DNA of 63,981 nt, the filler included, from Lenisia limosa (taxonomy: Eukaryota; Protista; Breviatea): the NCBI GenBank assembly GCA_001655205.1. It is 22 parts of 22 records of this genome, joined end to end, with 100 filler letters (N's around TTAATTAATTAA, not from the genome) between each part and the next. Parts side by side here need not be neighbours in the genome. Positions count along the whole stretch, not along the records: positions 1 to 1,418 come from LPNZ01009351.1; positions 1,519 to 7,233 come from LPNZ01008390.1; positions 7,334 to 11,483 come from LPNZ01008293.1; 19 more parts are not named here. The stretch is one strand, 5' to 3'. Position 1 is the stretch's first letter; each line of letters opens with the position of its first letter. Shown here one piece after another: positions 1 to 11,443 of this stretch. The notes beneath the pieces are model-generated. The model ran no database searches, had not been told where the DNA came from, and saw only the letters and a list, made by a program, of their open reading frames with translations. The position numbers and the translations under genes are program-made.

Positions 1-7
1 CACCCAC

Positions 8-1257
8 CCTCGTTATGGCCGCGAACACGGTAGCAGACAAGGTCTAGAACAACGTCCTTCTTGTAACGCTGGCGATAGGCCATGGCCGTCTTAGAAGCGA
101 AGTGCTGCCAAGGTTATTCATAGGGCTGATGTAATGAATGATCTTCATTGAGTTGATTTAATATTATTCCTGTGCGTGCCATCATATTCATTGATATCAT
201 GTCCCATTAATCAATTATAGCGCTTCACTTTGGTTCGAAAAAGATCGGTAAAATATCGATAATTTTGGAGGATTTATCGGGAAATTCAGTCTTTTTTCCG
301 GACCGAAGTGAAGCCCTGGGTGTATTCATTATCAATGACGTTAGTCATGGAGGAAGGTACTTGGCTGATCAGTCTTGGCACCCAATAAAGTGGATGAGAA
401 ATAAAACAAGGTTGAATCTGACCAAAGCCATCCAGACCATCACGCTTATAAGACATACTGGATTATAGTATCTGGCCAAAGCCGTCCANNNNNNNNNNNN
501 NNNNNNNNNNNNNNNNNNNNNNNNNNNNNNNNNNNNNNNNNNNNNNNNNNNNNNNNNNNNNNNNNNNNNNNNNNNNNNNNNNNNNNNNNNNNNNNNNNNN
601 NNTTGACGTGGAAGATGGGAGCTCCAACCGTCTTGGCCACATCGGAGGGGTACAATGAGGATCGAGAGTAGATGGGGTCGGTGGTGAAGCCTTTTATGTT
701 AGTGAGAAGCAGTGAAGTGTGTGTGGTAATTTGTATCGATGGGATTCCCATTTAGCATATGTTTTTGCTTTCGATCCATCGATAAAACGTTTTTATTTAA
801 TGAATTGTCTTGCTTTTTTTTTTTTTTTTTTTTTTNNNNNNNNNNAAATCAAGGGTCTCTGCAACTACGCCTTGACCGGCAAAGGCAGCGTCACCATGGA
901 GGAGCATGCTGCAGGGGTCAAAGAAGAATATTATATTCAGGTTCTGTCTTCCTGGCAGGAACCGGTAGCATCCAAAGCATCTATGACTCCCCCCCCCCCC
1001 CCCNNNNNNNNNNNNNNNNNNNNNNNNNNNNNNNNNNNNNNNNNNNNNNNNNNNNNNNNNNNNNNNNNNNNNNNNNNNNNNNNNNNNNNNNNNNNNNNNN
1101 NNNNNNNNNNNNNNNNNNNNNNNNNNNNNNCCCACGCCATGTTTCGTGAATGGTCGTAATCGCGGGAGTAGAACTGCTTGGCCCGGGTCTTGCCGATGAC
1201 GACGGGATTGACGGCTTCGAGGTGCGACGGGTTGGAGGCAAGGGACAAATGCACCTG
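8..1257 (-). CDS. OGDH: 2-oxoglutarate dehydrogenase E1 component, internal spliced fragment
   Basis: Hand-spliced exons read [77 protein letters not shown] and [32 protein letters not shown]. These are hallmark SucA/OGDH motifs, including the GDAAF TPP-binding motif. GT-AG junctions are visible and some exons fall in N gaps. Confidence 0.96.
220..316. mobile_element. Family A MITE, about 95 bp palindromic element
   Basis: TIR consensus GGGCTTCACTTCGGTTCGAAAAAAGAC ... GTCTTTTTTCGAACCGAAGTGAAGCCC, usually TA-flanked. Near-full copies at 220-316, 14798-14896, 23286-23381, 36932-37017, 45222-45316, 46474-46570 and 63828-63902. Partial copies near 1362, 20160, 20378, 23570, 38866, 44324, 46300, 46915, 50892, 56940 and 63000. 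Confidence 0.9.
412..468 (-). repeat. Family E dispersed, about 60 bp non-palindromic repeat
   Basis: Consensus CTATAATCCAATATCTCTTATAAGCGTGATGGTGTGGACGGCTTCGGCCAGATACAACC. Copies at 412-468 (rc), 26679-26737, 54128-54184, 55040-55090 and 57407-57460, with partial copies near 23814, 34762 and 54060. Confidence 0.8.
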
Positions 1258-1462
1258 TCATGTCAAACATCGTTGATATTGTCAAAAGCCTTAACTAAAA
1301 TAAACCATGGACATCATTTCTTGAAAGTACGCCATATCACTAGTGGATACGCGTTAACACTAGGGCTTCACTTCTTCGAAAAAAGAAAATTTCTCGATAA
1401 ATTCTCGAAATCTATCGANNNNNNNNNNNNNNNNNNNNNNNNNNNNNNNNNNNNNNNNNNNN

Positions 1463-1474
1463 TTAATTAATTAA
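1463..1474. other. Artificial contig-joining linker (six-frame stop TTAATTAATTAA within N padding), first of 21
   Basis: Identical 12-mer flanked by about 44 N on each side at about 1463, 7278, 11528, 13919, 15360, 16621, 18916, 22540, 25259, 27707, 33911, 35350, 44407, 45870, 49341, 52708, 54469, 56027, 58152, 61526 and 62862. Confidence 0.98.
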
Positions 1475-1580
1475 NNNNNNNNNNNNNNNNNNNNNNNNNN
1501 NNNNNNNNNNNNNNNNNNGAGGGAGAAGAAACAAATTGTATTACACCTTGAAATCAGACCAAACGCTTTAAACCTAGGAA

Positions 1581-4500
1581 CTACTTAAACTTATCAGCCA
1601 GATTTAGCAGTTCAGCAGACTGCTTCTTTTTGAGTTCCTTCTTCTTGACCTTACGAGTAACCGTAATGGTCTTAGTCTTCTTCTTCTTTTCGGGCTTTTC
1701 CTAGTTTGTGAGAAAGTCAAATCCAAAACCCTTTTTGAAAGAGACGATAGCCAACCGATTCTCTCCTTCTCTTGACCTCTTCCGAGATATCCTTCATTCC
1801 CGTAGCAAGACGGTAGCTGCAAAGCGTTAAACAAACGAGGAAGATGACTTAGAAACGACAAATCAAAACACTGCTCACTCAGTGGAGTATTGATCCAGTT
1901 TGAACCGTGTGTCATTGTAGAGCGCACCAAATCGAGAATCATTAACATCCATTTTGAAGTCTTCTCCCTACAATCAATTAGACAACAGCGATGCAACACA
2001 AAACAAGACCCTCATGCTAACTTCAATCTTCTTAACATTCTTCTTCTTCTTGGCCTTTTTCAGTCCCAGAGCAACCTAGTGGATCAGAGGAGTCCTTGTG
2101 AATATTGCAGATGGCGATACAACAGACCTTCTCCTCTTCTCGTTCCCTCTTGGCGAGGGCCAGACGGTTGAAGTGCTTATGGCCATCATCCTCCGCCATC
2201 ATAAGGGCCAATTCCGCCTCAGTCTTCTCCTCATCAACGGTCTTCTCCTTTTTCACCTCTGGGCAAGTTAAAGGCTGATTGATACTCATTGCAATATTCT
2301 AGAGTGCCATGAAATACAAGTTAGAATTCTGAGTCAATCCATAAATCCGCCACCCCATGCGCATACTCTTCTTCTTGGACTTGCTCTTTGTCACCTCTGA
2401 TTCTAAGTAGTAAGAAGAGAGCCACAGTAGAAACGAAGTCACACATCTGCCACGTCATCACCCGTCAAACCGTTCATGCCCTCTTCACCCATCTTGAAGA
2501 ATGGATCGTCGAAGCCAAGGTCCTCTCCTTCAGCCATCATTCCTACAGCGTCATATTGGTTCAGTAAATACATGGGATGCACACTGATTGCCGTCCATAC
2601 CTCCATCAACAAGGTCATCACCTTCCGCGTTCTCCTTCTTCGAGGCCTTATACGCCTTCTTCTTCTCCTTCGACTTTCTCATACGGGTCTCCCAAAGCGT
2701 CTCTTCCGCGAGGAGCTACAATGGTCACACTGGGGAGCTGGCTTGAAAGGACTAGCACATATGAGACGTATACAGTCAATATGCTTCATCAAATGCAGTT
2801 AGAGAGCTAGAGGTAAGTGCCACAGTCTACTAAAGAAAAACAAGTTTCCACTCAGTACCTTCTCTTCGACCTTCTGGTCAACAAGCTTCTTGGCTACATT
2901 GGCAATGTCTGACGTGTCACAAAAGGAAGAATAAAGACAAGAGAACAGTAAAGACAAAATCACGCAGATAAGTGATGTTGATTATCACCATCTCACCCAC
3001 CATTATCAAAAGAAACCTCGAAAACAGAGTCCTCTGTCGGAGGTTGAAGCTCTTCATCATCGCTTTCCTTCTCCCAAGTGCGGAACTTCCTCTTCTTCTC
3101 CCCTGTTGCCAAGAGCGCCTTGTACTTTGCTCTCTCCTCCTTGCGCTTCTAAGGATAATTAAAAAATGAACGCCAGAAGACTTTTCAGCTTGAGGATGCC
3201 TACCTTTTTCTTTTCAGCTTTAGTCTCTTCCTTCTTCTCGTCATCTTCACCGTTCTTGGCTCTGAGTTTAGCCTCAATCTTCTCCATTTCAGCATCTGAA
3301 CCTTCTTCATCATCTACAGAGTCAGAAGAGTGGTCGAAGGAGCAAGACCAAAAATAACGAAGACTCTCACCCGATTCGTTTGCAATGTAATCATTGAAGT
3401 CTAATTTCTCCAAATCATCTGCAGTGAATCTGAACGAATTATAAACGATCCTCTTTTAAAATATCACATGAATAGCATGTTTTCCTTGTGGCCACCCACT
3501 TTTTAGTGGTCATCCGCTGGCGGTCACGATCAGTGGTGTCCCAAGTCAACTCAACATTAGATGTTTGCAAGGCCTAAAGATAAACCAGGGGAAATGCTTT
3601 TGCGTACTTTAGTGAAGAACTCTTTTGGAGCGTAAGACTTGGGCATTTCGGTGCAGGAATCCCTCTCCTCGGTGTCTATTTCGAAGTCATCGGGGATAAA
3701 CCTGGAGGTCAGCTGACATATCGCCCAGTTACATACCGGCAGTCCAAGAAATTGGAGGAGTGCTCAAATTCACGTCCGTCACATTCATCAAAAACAACTT
3801 CGGCGGTTTCCTAATAAGGTAAGTGCGCCATGATTGGGTCATTTTCTCACCTTAGAATCGAATTCAGCCACAGCAAAGTAGTACTTCATTTTGTTGATCT
3901 CGTATTCCCTGAGCTTTTCAGCCTCAAAACCATCATCAGTGATGGAGTGGTCACGGCGGGGGGCTGGGGGAGTAAAACGAAGAAATTTCGATGAAAATAT
4001 TGGCGTAAAAGTACTAATGTAAAATTGGAAAATTAATGAAATAAAAAAGCCCAAATCAACTCTNNNNNNNNNNNNNNNNNNNNNNNNNNNNNNNNNNNNN
4101 NNNNNNNNNNNNNNNNNNNNNNNNNNNNNNNNNNNNNNNNNNNNNNNNNNNNNNNNNNNNNNNNNNNNNNNNNNNNNNNNNNNNNNNNNNNNNNNNNNNN
4201 NNNNNNNNNNNNNNNNNNNNNNNNNNNNNNNNCAGGTCTGTCGATAATTGAACCAAAACTTTCACCATTACAAACCAAGCATCCCATTCCTTTAAATAAT
4301 AACTCAACAAAAAAAATATAGAGAGCCTATGGTTGTGAAATGTTATCCATGTGCACCAACCGCCAAGGTAAACGGTGTCGGGAGCGATCTCCTCCGCAAC
4401 TTCCTTCTTGAAGAGGTTGCTAGGACCATGCGTGGCTTCCTGTAGAATGAGGAAATAAGGCTCCAAGATGAGGGCCTACCATTTTCATTTGCTCGAGTCC

Positions 4501-5996
4501 GAAGTGAGAGGGGTGGACAGAAATCTTGACGATGGTACCATCAGGAGGGAGGAAAGATGACAAAAGGACCATGAGGTCGTTAGACTGATGGGTTAACTCC
4601 ATTCACGCAATATCAAACATTCAACCCTATCGTTTAACAATAATTGGTATTCAAGGCTTCAGTAGAGCATACTTTGATGTACTGCCAGTCCATATTTTGG
4701 ATTGCGAAGCGCTTGCTTGATTCGCCCATGTCAATGTCTTCATGCTCACTTTCTTCACCTTCCTGAATAGTTGTCAGTTCGATTTAGTCAGGAGAGAAAT
4801 CTGCTACAATTGCACAATCAAAGAGCAGCCCCCCTCCCACGATGTCATCAATGCCCTCGATTTCATCGCCACTTGACCCGACATCCTCATCGGAACTTTC
4901 TCCCATGTCCATCCACGCGTTGTTGGCAAATTTCTCATCATCATCCCTGTGACATAAAAGACAAGTCAAGTATCAGATAGATCATTAAGATCTGCTTTAT
5001 CAGCCCACATCTCCTTCTCGCTCTCTTCGTCACTCTCTTCAGTAGGCTTGGGCTTGGATGAAGACTCCTCAACAGGGCCATCACTATCGCTGTCACTGTC
5101 GGAATCGGAAGCGTCTTCCCGGGGTGCCTGAACGGTGAAATAGATGGTCTGGGATGAATGTCCTTACCTTTGTAGAAGAGGATTCGGGTGGAGCATCACT
5201 ATCACTCTCTTCTTCGGACTCTGATTCGACTAATTCGTGAATGGTTTCATTCTTAATTGTTTCAATCTGTGAAATATACCGCAAAACTTCACATTAGAGC
5301 CATGCTACGGAAATGTCCTCAGAACAGCGATCTGCTGATATTTTTCATTCATAAGCTCCGTTACATACTTTTACGAAAACAAAATAATACTTATTTTTCA
5401 ATGAATCCTTGTTAAAAAGCATATTTTTACTCGTTTTATTTCTGAGTGAAGTCCAGTCAACCATATTGTGCTCCCCCAATCACTAACCTTGCTGTTTGAT
5501 TTCTGCACGACCTTCATCATCACTGCTGTCCTCTTCCTCCTCCTCCGCTTCGTCCTCCTTGTCACTCTTTTCCATCTGATAGAAATGCCTGATATCGGCG
5601 TCATCCTTTGCTTCAACCTTACGACCATACTTGTCGATTCCAGCTGGAAATTTGAACATCAAAATAGCATCTTTGTTTTAAAAACTCCCGAATAACAGCG
5701 AAGTCACCGACATTCAATCCGCTTTTCACCATACCTGACATCTTGAAGGAGTCATCGTCGAACATTTTCTTGAAACGGTCGTCCTTGACAATGGTGCGAC
5801 CTGAAGTCTTCTTGGACTGCCGGAAACGAGGGTCATAGTTCACTTTCTCAAATCTAAAAAATATTAAATCGATGTGTTAAAGATAAAAGGTGTAAGCGGG
5901 GAGAAGGGAAGCCTAAGATTGAGTGGCAGCAAACCTTGAGTCTGTGACAGGGGCCGAAGCCAACTTTCTTCCCTTTTTTTCACCTTTAGCTGCCAT
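1581..5996 (-). CDS. ESF1: Pre-rRNA-processing protein ESF1, multi-exon and apparently complete
   Basis: ATG at 5996 gives MAAKGEKKGRKLASAPVTDSR|FEKVNYDPRF. Later motifs: KDDRFKKMF, VDKYGRK, KRFAIQNMDWQYIK, DLMVLLSSFLPPDGTIVKISVHPSHFG, KLREYEINKMKYYFAV, LRFIPDDFE, DFNDYIA, and the NUC153-like MDVNDSRFGALYNDTRFKLD. The Lys-rich tail ends in TAG at 1581-1583. Acidic low-complexity tracts are typical of ESF1. Confidence 0.93.
3964..4063 (-). mobile_element. Family C repeat forming the 3' end of an ESF1 intron (first of more than 25 copies or fragments)
   Basis: Sense consensus CTGGAGTGATGGGATGCGGTGCTGCAGAAGCGACTGGCCTGGGCTTTG...CAACCCTCGTGTGTTGTCAGCCAACAGAGTTGATTTTGGGCTTTTTTTGTTTCATAAATTTTCCAATTTTACCCCCCAG. 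It ends at the AG acceptor at 3964-3965, which joins TVYLG|APRRDHS in frame. Confidence 0.85.
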
Positions 5997-6241
5997 TTTG
6001 AGAACAGTCAGCACAAAAAAGGGAGATACTTTTGCTGCCACTCAACAAAGTTAGATAAAGATCATCGATCTTCACATAAGTTTGAAAAACATTAGTTCCT
6101 TTTTACAGTTTGCTTTTTATGAACCACTATAAGTATATTTTGCGTGTATTGCACAAAATTAGTTCATAAGGAAAGACAATGTATGAGTATTAGGCACTAA
6201 ATAACCACTTCATTTCGGTGAATCCACGGTTAGGTCTAACC
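5997..6241. promoter_or_regulatory. Short divergent (head-to-head) intergenic region between ESF1 and a hypothetical gene
   Basis: ESF1 ATG at 5996 (minus) and a plausible ATG at 6242 (plus) are about 245 bp apart. The bidirectional promoter is inferred from gene arrangement only. Confidence 0.5.
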
Positions 6242-7150
6242 ATGGATGACCCACTTGAAAATGTCGATAAACAAGTTTGGCATGCCCTTCAGAGACTTGA
6301 GTCAAGCCAGTCCTTGCCTGGCCAACTCCACCAACCTTCTCTAGCGGAGAGCTACGAGCCATCGGTCCATGAAGCAACCTCAAATGCTTGGGATATGCGC
6401 AAAGAAGTCGGCGCTGCTTCTCAGGCCTTTCTCAGTACTCCGTCAGTTAGCTCTCGAAGCCAAAAATCCCGCAGTCGCCCAAATGCTGAGGCTCATCCAC
6501 CCAAACCTCTCTCACAGACGGTTAGCACACCGCCAGTAACGGCTCCATTTCGACACGTTGGTCCTTGGGCACCATCCTTGCGCTGTATGAAGGCTGTCAA
6601 GGCTATTGAGCTTGGAAAAGATAGTATTGAAGGTATTGAGATTGTGCCTTCTGACGCAGCTTCCGTTGTTTTCGGTTCTTTCGAAGGCCTCAAGGTTTGG
6701 AGGATTAGTTTTGTGTCTGTGTGGGAGGCTCTATGAGGAGCTTTTTCGTGCTTATTTTGGAGAAGAATTGATTTTATTCAGTTATCTTCACATCAGAAGT
6801 AGATGTGTATGTTCTCATTGAGTTACGTTGAAATTATCATTTCACAGTTTTTGCATTTCATGGAACATAGCGTTTCTTTGGCTCAATACACATGCCTTCT
6901 ACTCATTTTCCATGCTTTACTATTAATATTCGTATTTTAATGACCCCCCCTCCTAATCAGATAAGCTTATTTGTAACCTTTGGCTTGTCTAAGCATTCAG
7001 GATTACTATGAATCTCATTTGGAGGCGCTTGTGATCACACGGTCGGCTGCCGTTTATGAAGCCGAGGTTTGGAGCATACATACGTTGTGGGGGATTGTGT
7101 CTCTATTGACAGAAGATGCAAATTCGGGTTTCCTTACGGATCTCACTGAT
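6242..7150 (+). CDS. Hypothetical spliced protein, 5' part
   Basis: Long open first exon MDDPLENVDKQVWHALQRLESS...VVFGSFEGLK followed by a GT donor. Further open exons with GT-AG ends lie near 6985-7150. No family recognised. Confidence 0.6.
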
Positions 7151-7829
7151 GGTATGCGGTACTACAGAAGCTACTGGTCTGGGCTTTGTTTGTTGGAGTG
7201 ATGGGATGCAGTACTGCAGAAGCGACTGGCCTGNNNNNNNNNNNNNNNNNNNNNNNNNNNNNNNNNNNNNNNNNNNNTTAATTAATTAANNNNNNNNNNN
7301 NNNNNNNNNNNNNNNNNNNNNNNNNNNNNNNNNCTATCTCTCCTTCTTTCTTTCTTTCTTTCTTTCTCTTTTTTGTTTTTTTTGCTTTTCGTCGACTTTT
7401 TACCAGATTGTCATGGAACATTTGACGGTTTAGGAAATAAGGCATTTGGTCAAGTCTACTGCTACAACCCGTATTCATCAGGTTTGTGGGTTTTTTGGCA
7501 TCCTATAGGCAGCAATAATTTTATAGTGTTTATTCCCTAACAATTTAGGCTGTTCAAGCCCAGCGTCTAAAAANNNNNNNNNNNNNNNNNNNNNNNNNNN
7601 NNNNNNNNNNNNNNNNNNNNNNNNNNNNNNNNNNNNNNNNNNNNNNNNNNNNNNNNNNNNNNNNNNNNNNNNNNNNNNNNNNNNNNNNNNNNNNNNNNNN
7701 NNNCGAAGTGAGCCTTTAGAAGTGTTGTTGTGTTACTGAATTCACTCTCGGCTGAATTATTTGGCTACCTTTCCGCTTGACAAACAGCATTATTTCTACA
7801 ATGGCAGTCAATAGGCATTTCGCACTCAC

Positions 7830-10800
7830 ACAGCAGACCGATAGTTGCACGGTAGATGGTGACTGTGAATCTTTGATGTACTGCAATGCTGACACCGCCC
7901 GTTGCGAGCTCAAGAAGTCCAAGGCTTTCAGTGGGCTTAATTGGGGCTACTTCTTACAGTAATCACAGTTATATAGTCAAGGGATGCAGTTGAGAGACGG
8001 TTTTTTAGTGGTTAACTCTTCTAGCTTGTTCACGCTCAGAGGAATGTTACAGTGGACACTGGTATGCAGTTTTTTGTGGAGTGTATGATTGTTAGGTCAT
8101 TTTTTACCTCTGTCCTGTAGTAATAGACAGTATATGTGCATACCCCCCCACACACACCTTTTTTTCACTGACAATCTCACTCTTTAGTTATGATGGCTAT
8201 TGTTGCCATATAGAATGCGCTGAAGGCTACATGAAATGTAACATTCCTGGCATGGTGAGGTAGTTTTACAAGAGTGGACTAAATGGCCGAATCCAAGGGG
8301 TCTCTTTTTTGGACAGTTAGATTATTGCAGTATTTTGTTTCAAAGTTGGGTTAATTGCTCTACAGGGACTGAATTTTCATACTACCTCACTCCTGCTTAG
8401 GAAGGCTATTGTTACAACAAGCGTGACTATCCGGTCGTGACCATAACGCCTCCCCACGTAGGCGTTTTAATATTTGTTTGAAAAAATTTACACCTTCAAA
8501 GTAGTCACACATATTATATACAGATATATGATATACATATTAATATTATGTAATATAGTATATGATAAATGTTATATTTATACGTAAAATATGTATTATA
8601 TTAAGTGAGTCCTCAAAGCTCCGGACCTTTCAACATTCACCAGCTTATCAAAACTCCAGGACAGGTTGGAATTTTGTTTTTTTTCCCTTGTCTCCTTTTT
8701 TTTCTCTCTTGTTTTTCATTTGTCCTTCTCCCTATGTCACCTTATTTACATACTTTCAACATCATGGTGTGCATATGATAGTTCAATATTAGAGTACCAT
8801 ATCATTAATACTATGATATACTACATACATACATATACATAATTACATCATACTCTCAGATTGAATATTATATCCAGTTACTTCTTGTTCCCAGGCTTAT
8901 ATAATATGACACTTACACTTGCTTAGGCCAAAATAACAAGCGCGGACAAGGTCACGATAAAGCTCGAAAAAGGAACTGTTGCTCCAAGTATGGTGTGCAG
9001 ATTTCTGTACTGGGAGGCCGCTGCCGTCATTGTTGATGAAGAGACGGTGAGGGACTGCCAAAGCTCTATGTTTGTTCCGTTATTTATGAAAGGATTTACA
9101 GTTTTGAGCATGATAAAGTTTTTTTTGTTTCATTTTCCAGGTTGAGTGTACATTTGCTGACTCGATAAAAACTGGTATTATTCAAAATCAGATTCGAGTA
9201 TCCGCCAGTTCATCTCGTCCATCAAGCTCATCTGTAGCGGTAGGGGGGGAATTGTAAGAAGGATTTCTAAAAGGAATCAGTATCGAATAGAACAATATAT
9301 ATATCATATGCACTTGCGCCAAAACCCCGTCATTTTTGGGTATCCCGTATTGTTTACTAAAAGGATATTTCTTCTTCTGTTTGTCAATAAGCTTGGTAAT
9401 AATATTGGTGATAGGAACAAGGGTTCCTCCTTAGTTGCCGCTACATGGTCTCTTGCGGTTTGATTTGAGCTCCTTAGTATTTGCGATAATCTTGGGAATG
9501 AAAAAACACAACACCTGTCCTGGTATAGACCCTTCAGAACATTAATCTTCATAAGCTAAGAACTAAATCCAAAGCAGGACCCGTAGCTGAAATATAACAA
9601 ATCGTCAGTAATCACAGCCGAAGACTATGCAAGAAAATACCGGGAAATCAAAGGTCTTAGTGACGAGAGAGACTTCCTCTGTTTTTGCCATGTTTTCTCG
9701 ATAAGACTACGCCATTCTCAGGCTATTTGGATAAATCATAAGTTTCACTTGTTCACTGTCACCCTGATAAGCTTGTTGCTTCATCAATTTCTAACAACAA
9801 TAAGATCTTTTATATAATCTCTATTATATATCATATATCGATATATCGTATAGAATACATACATCTACTCAAAAACGGTTTCAGAGTTCAGTTCATTACA
9901 ATTTTAGTTCTTTCGGTATAGTCTTCCTACAATTGGCAGTGCAAGTCCTGTGTCGGCCGCACCGGGCTCTGGGGTGGTGTCAATCCCTACTTCGCCCCTA
10001 TCAACAGTGGTGGAAACTACTTTGAGGTGCCAGGTATGCATTTGGTTTTCTTGCTCGATAGGATGGGTCATAATAAGTACAGCATTTATTCGATTGTGTA
10101 TTTTTTAACATGATGCTCTCTCATTCATTACTATTTTCTATTATTTCAGTGATAAAATCTCATACTGACTATTCTGACACGGATCGTAGTTAAACTCTAA
10201 TCGTACATTCATTGTGTTATTGTCAGTAGCTTTTCATTTGTTCAGTTCGTTGGTAATGAAACGCATGTGGTGGTTGGAACTCTTTCGCTTTCCTCATACA
10301 ATGTACTCTGCCCTATTTCCCAGGTATGGTGTCCATTGGAAGGGAAGCTGAATCCATCATTCATGCGTTCTATATTTCCAACCCCCCCCCCCCCCCNNNN
10401 NNNNNNNNNNNNNNNNNNNNNNNNNNNNNNNNNNNNNNNNNNNNNNNNNNNNNNNNNNNNNNNNNNNNNNNNNNNNNNNTCAGGGTCAGATTACTCCAAC
10501 AGGTCTGCTGGGGGAGGGGGGGTAAATTGGTAAGATTAAACATTTCGTCTTTGACTTATTTATAGTGTGGAGTTTATTGTTTCTTCTTCCTCACCGCCAG
10601 CACCCAGTGCTCCTTCAGAATCAGGTGATTCTCTGGAGCAGCTGGAAGAAGAGTCAATAGATGCAATCACTGGTGAGCAGTTATAAATATTATGAAACCC
10701 TCCTATCGTGTTGCTGAGACATTTTCATCCTCCCCCTCCCCACCCAGAAAGCACAGAGTCAAGTGGAGGTGCTTCAGTAATTGTTTTGGGGGCAGCAGCT

Positions 10801-11443
10801 GTGGGAGTCCTTGTCATTGCAGGGGCGGCCGTTTTCCTTGTGTCAAGGAAGTGGGCGGGGTTCTAATGATTGCTGTGGTGTTTGTGCATTTATTTAGGAG
10901 CTAATAGCCAACTGGTGCCAGATACTTCCGTATTTTCTAACCTCACAGGAAACCCACTCCGAAACAGGATATAGTGCCTCCTCCTCCGGAGAAGCAGGTA
11001 TTGAACTGAATGAAGTTTTGATGTATTGACTAAAACTGTCTTCGGCACGTTATATTCTAAAATAGAACCACTCCGAAATATTTTACCGTCTAGTTTGACG
11101 AGGAAATGGAAACGACCTTCGATGTCGTGGTGGTGGAGCCGACTGAGAGTGAGAGAAAGCAAATAGGTAACATTGACTAACATTCCGCAGCGCCAGAACC
11201 GGGGCAGTACTCCGTGATATACGACTATGGAGCCATCCAAGAGGACGAACTGTCCATTTACTCGGGCCAAGTGGCGACCGCTCTCTCAGAAGTTGATCAA
11301 GACGGGTCAGCAAGGGGTTCAATTCGTTTCGAAAAAAAATGTCAAATAACTACAGTTTAAATGCCTCACCTTTTAGGTGGATTGAGGTCCAAGTTGGACT
11401 AAACAAGGGAAAAGTTCCAATGGCCTATCTTTCCCTCGCATAG
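7830..11443 (+). CDS. Single-pass membrane protein: Cys-rich and TIG-like ectodomain, Ser/Thr stalk, TM helix, C-terminal SH3 domain
   Basis: Spliced 3' exons PEPGQYSVIYDYGAIQEDELSIYSGQVATALSEVDQDG|WIEVQVGLNKGKVPMAYLSLA* match the SH3 pattern, with stop TAG at 11441-11443. TM exon IVLGAAAVGVLVIAGAAVFLVSRK lies near 10780-10850. Upstream exons include CTVDGDCESLMYCNADTARC and VCRFLYWEAAAVIVDEET|VECTF. Confidence 0.75.

Noticed and set aside
8923-9111. Minus-strand ORF with a hydrophobic tail
   Set aside because: It is the antisense shadow of a plus-strand exon (AKITSADKVTIKLEKG...) with proper AG/GT ends.
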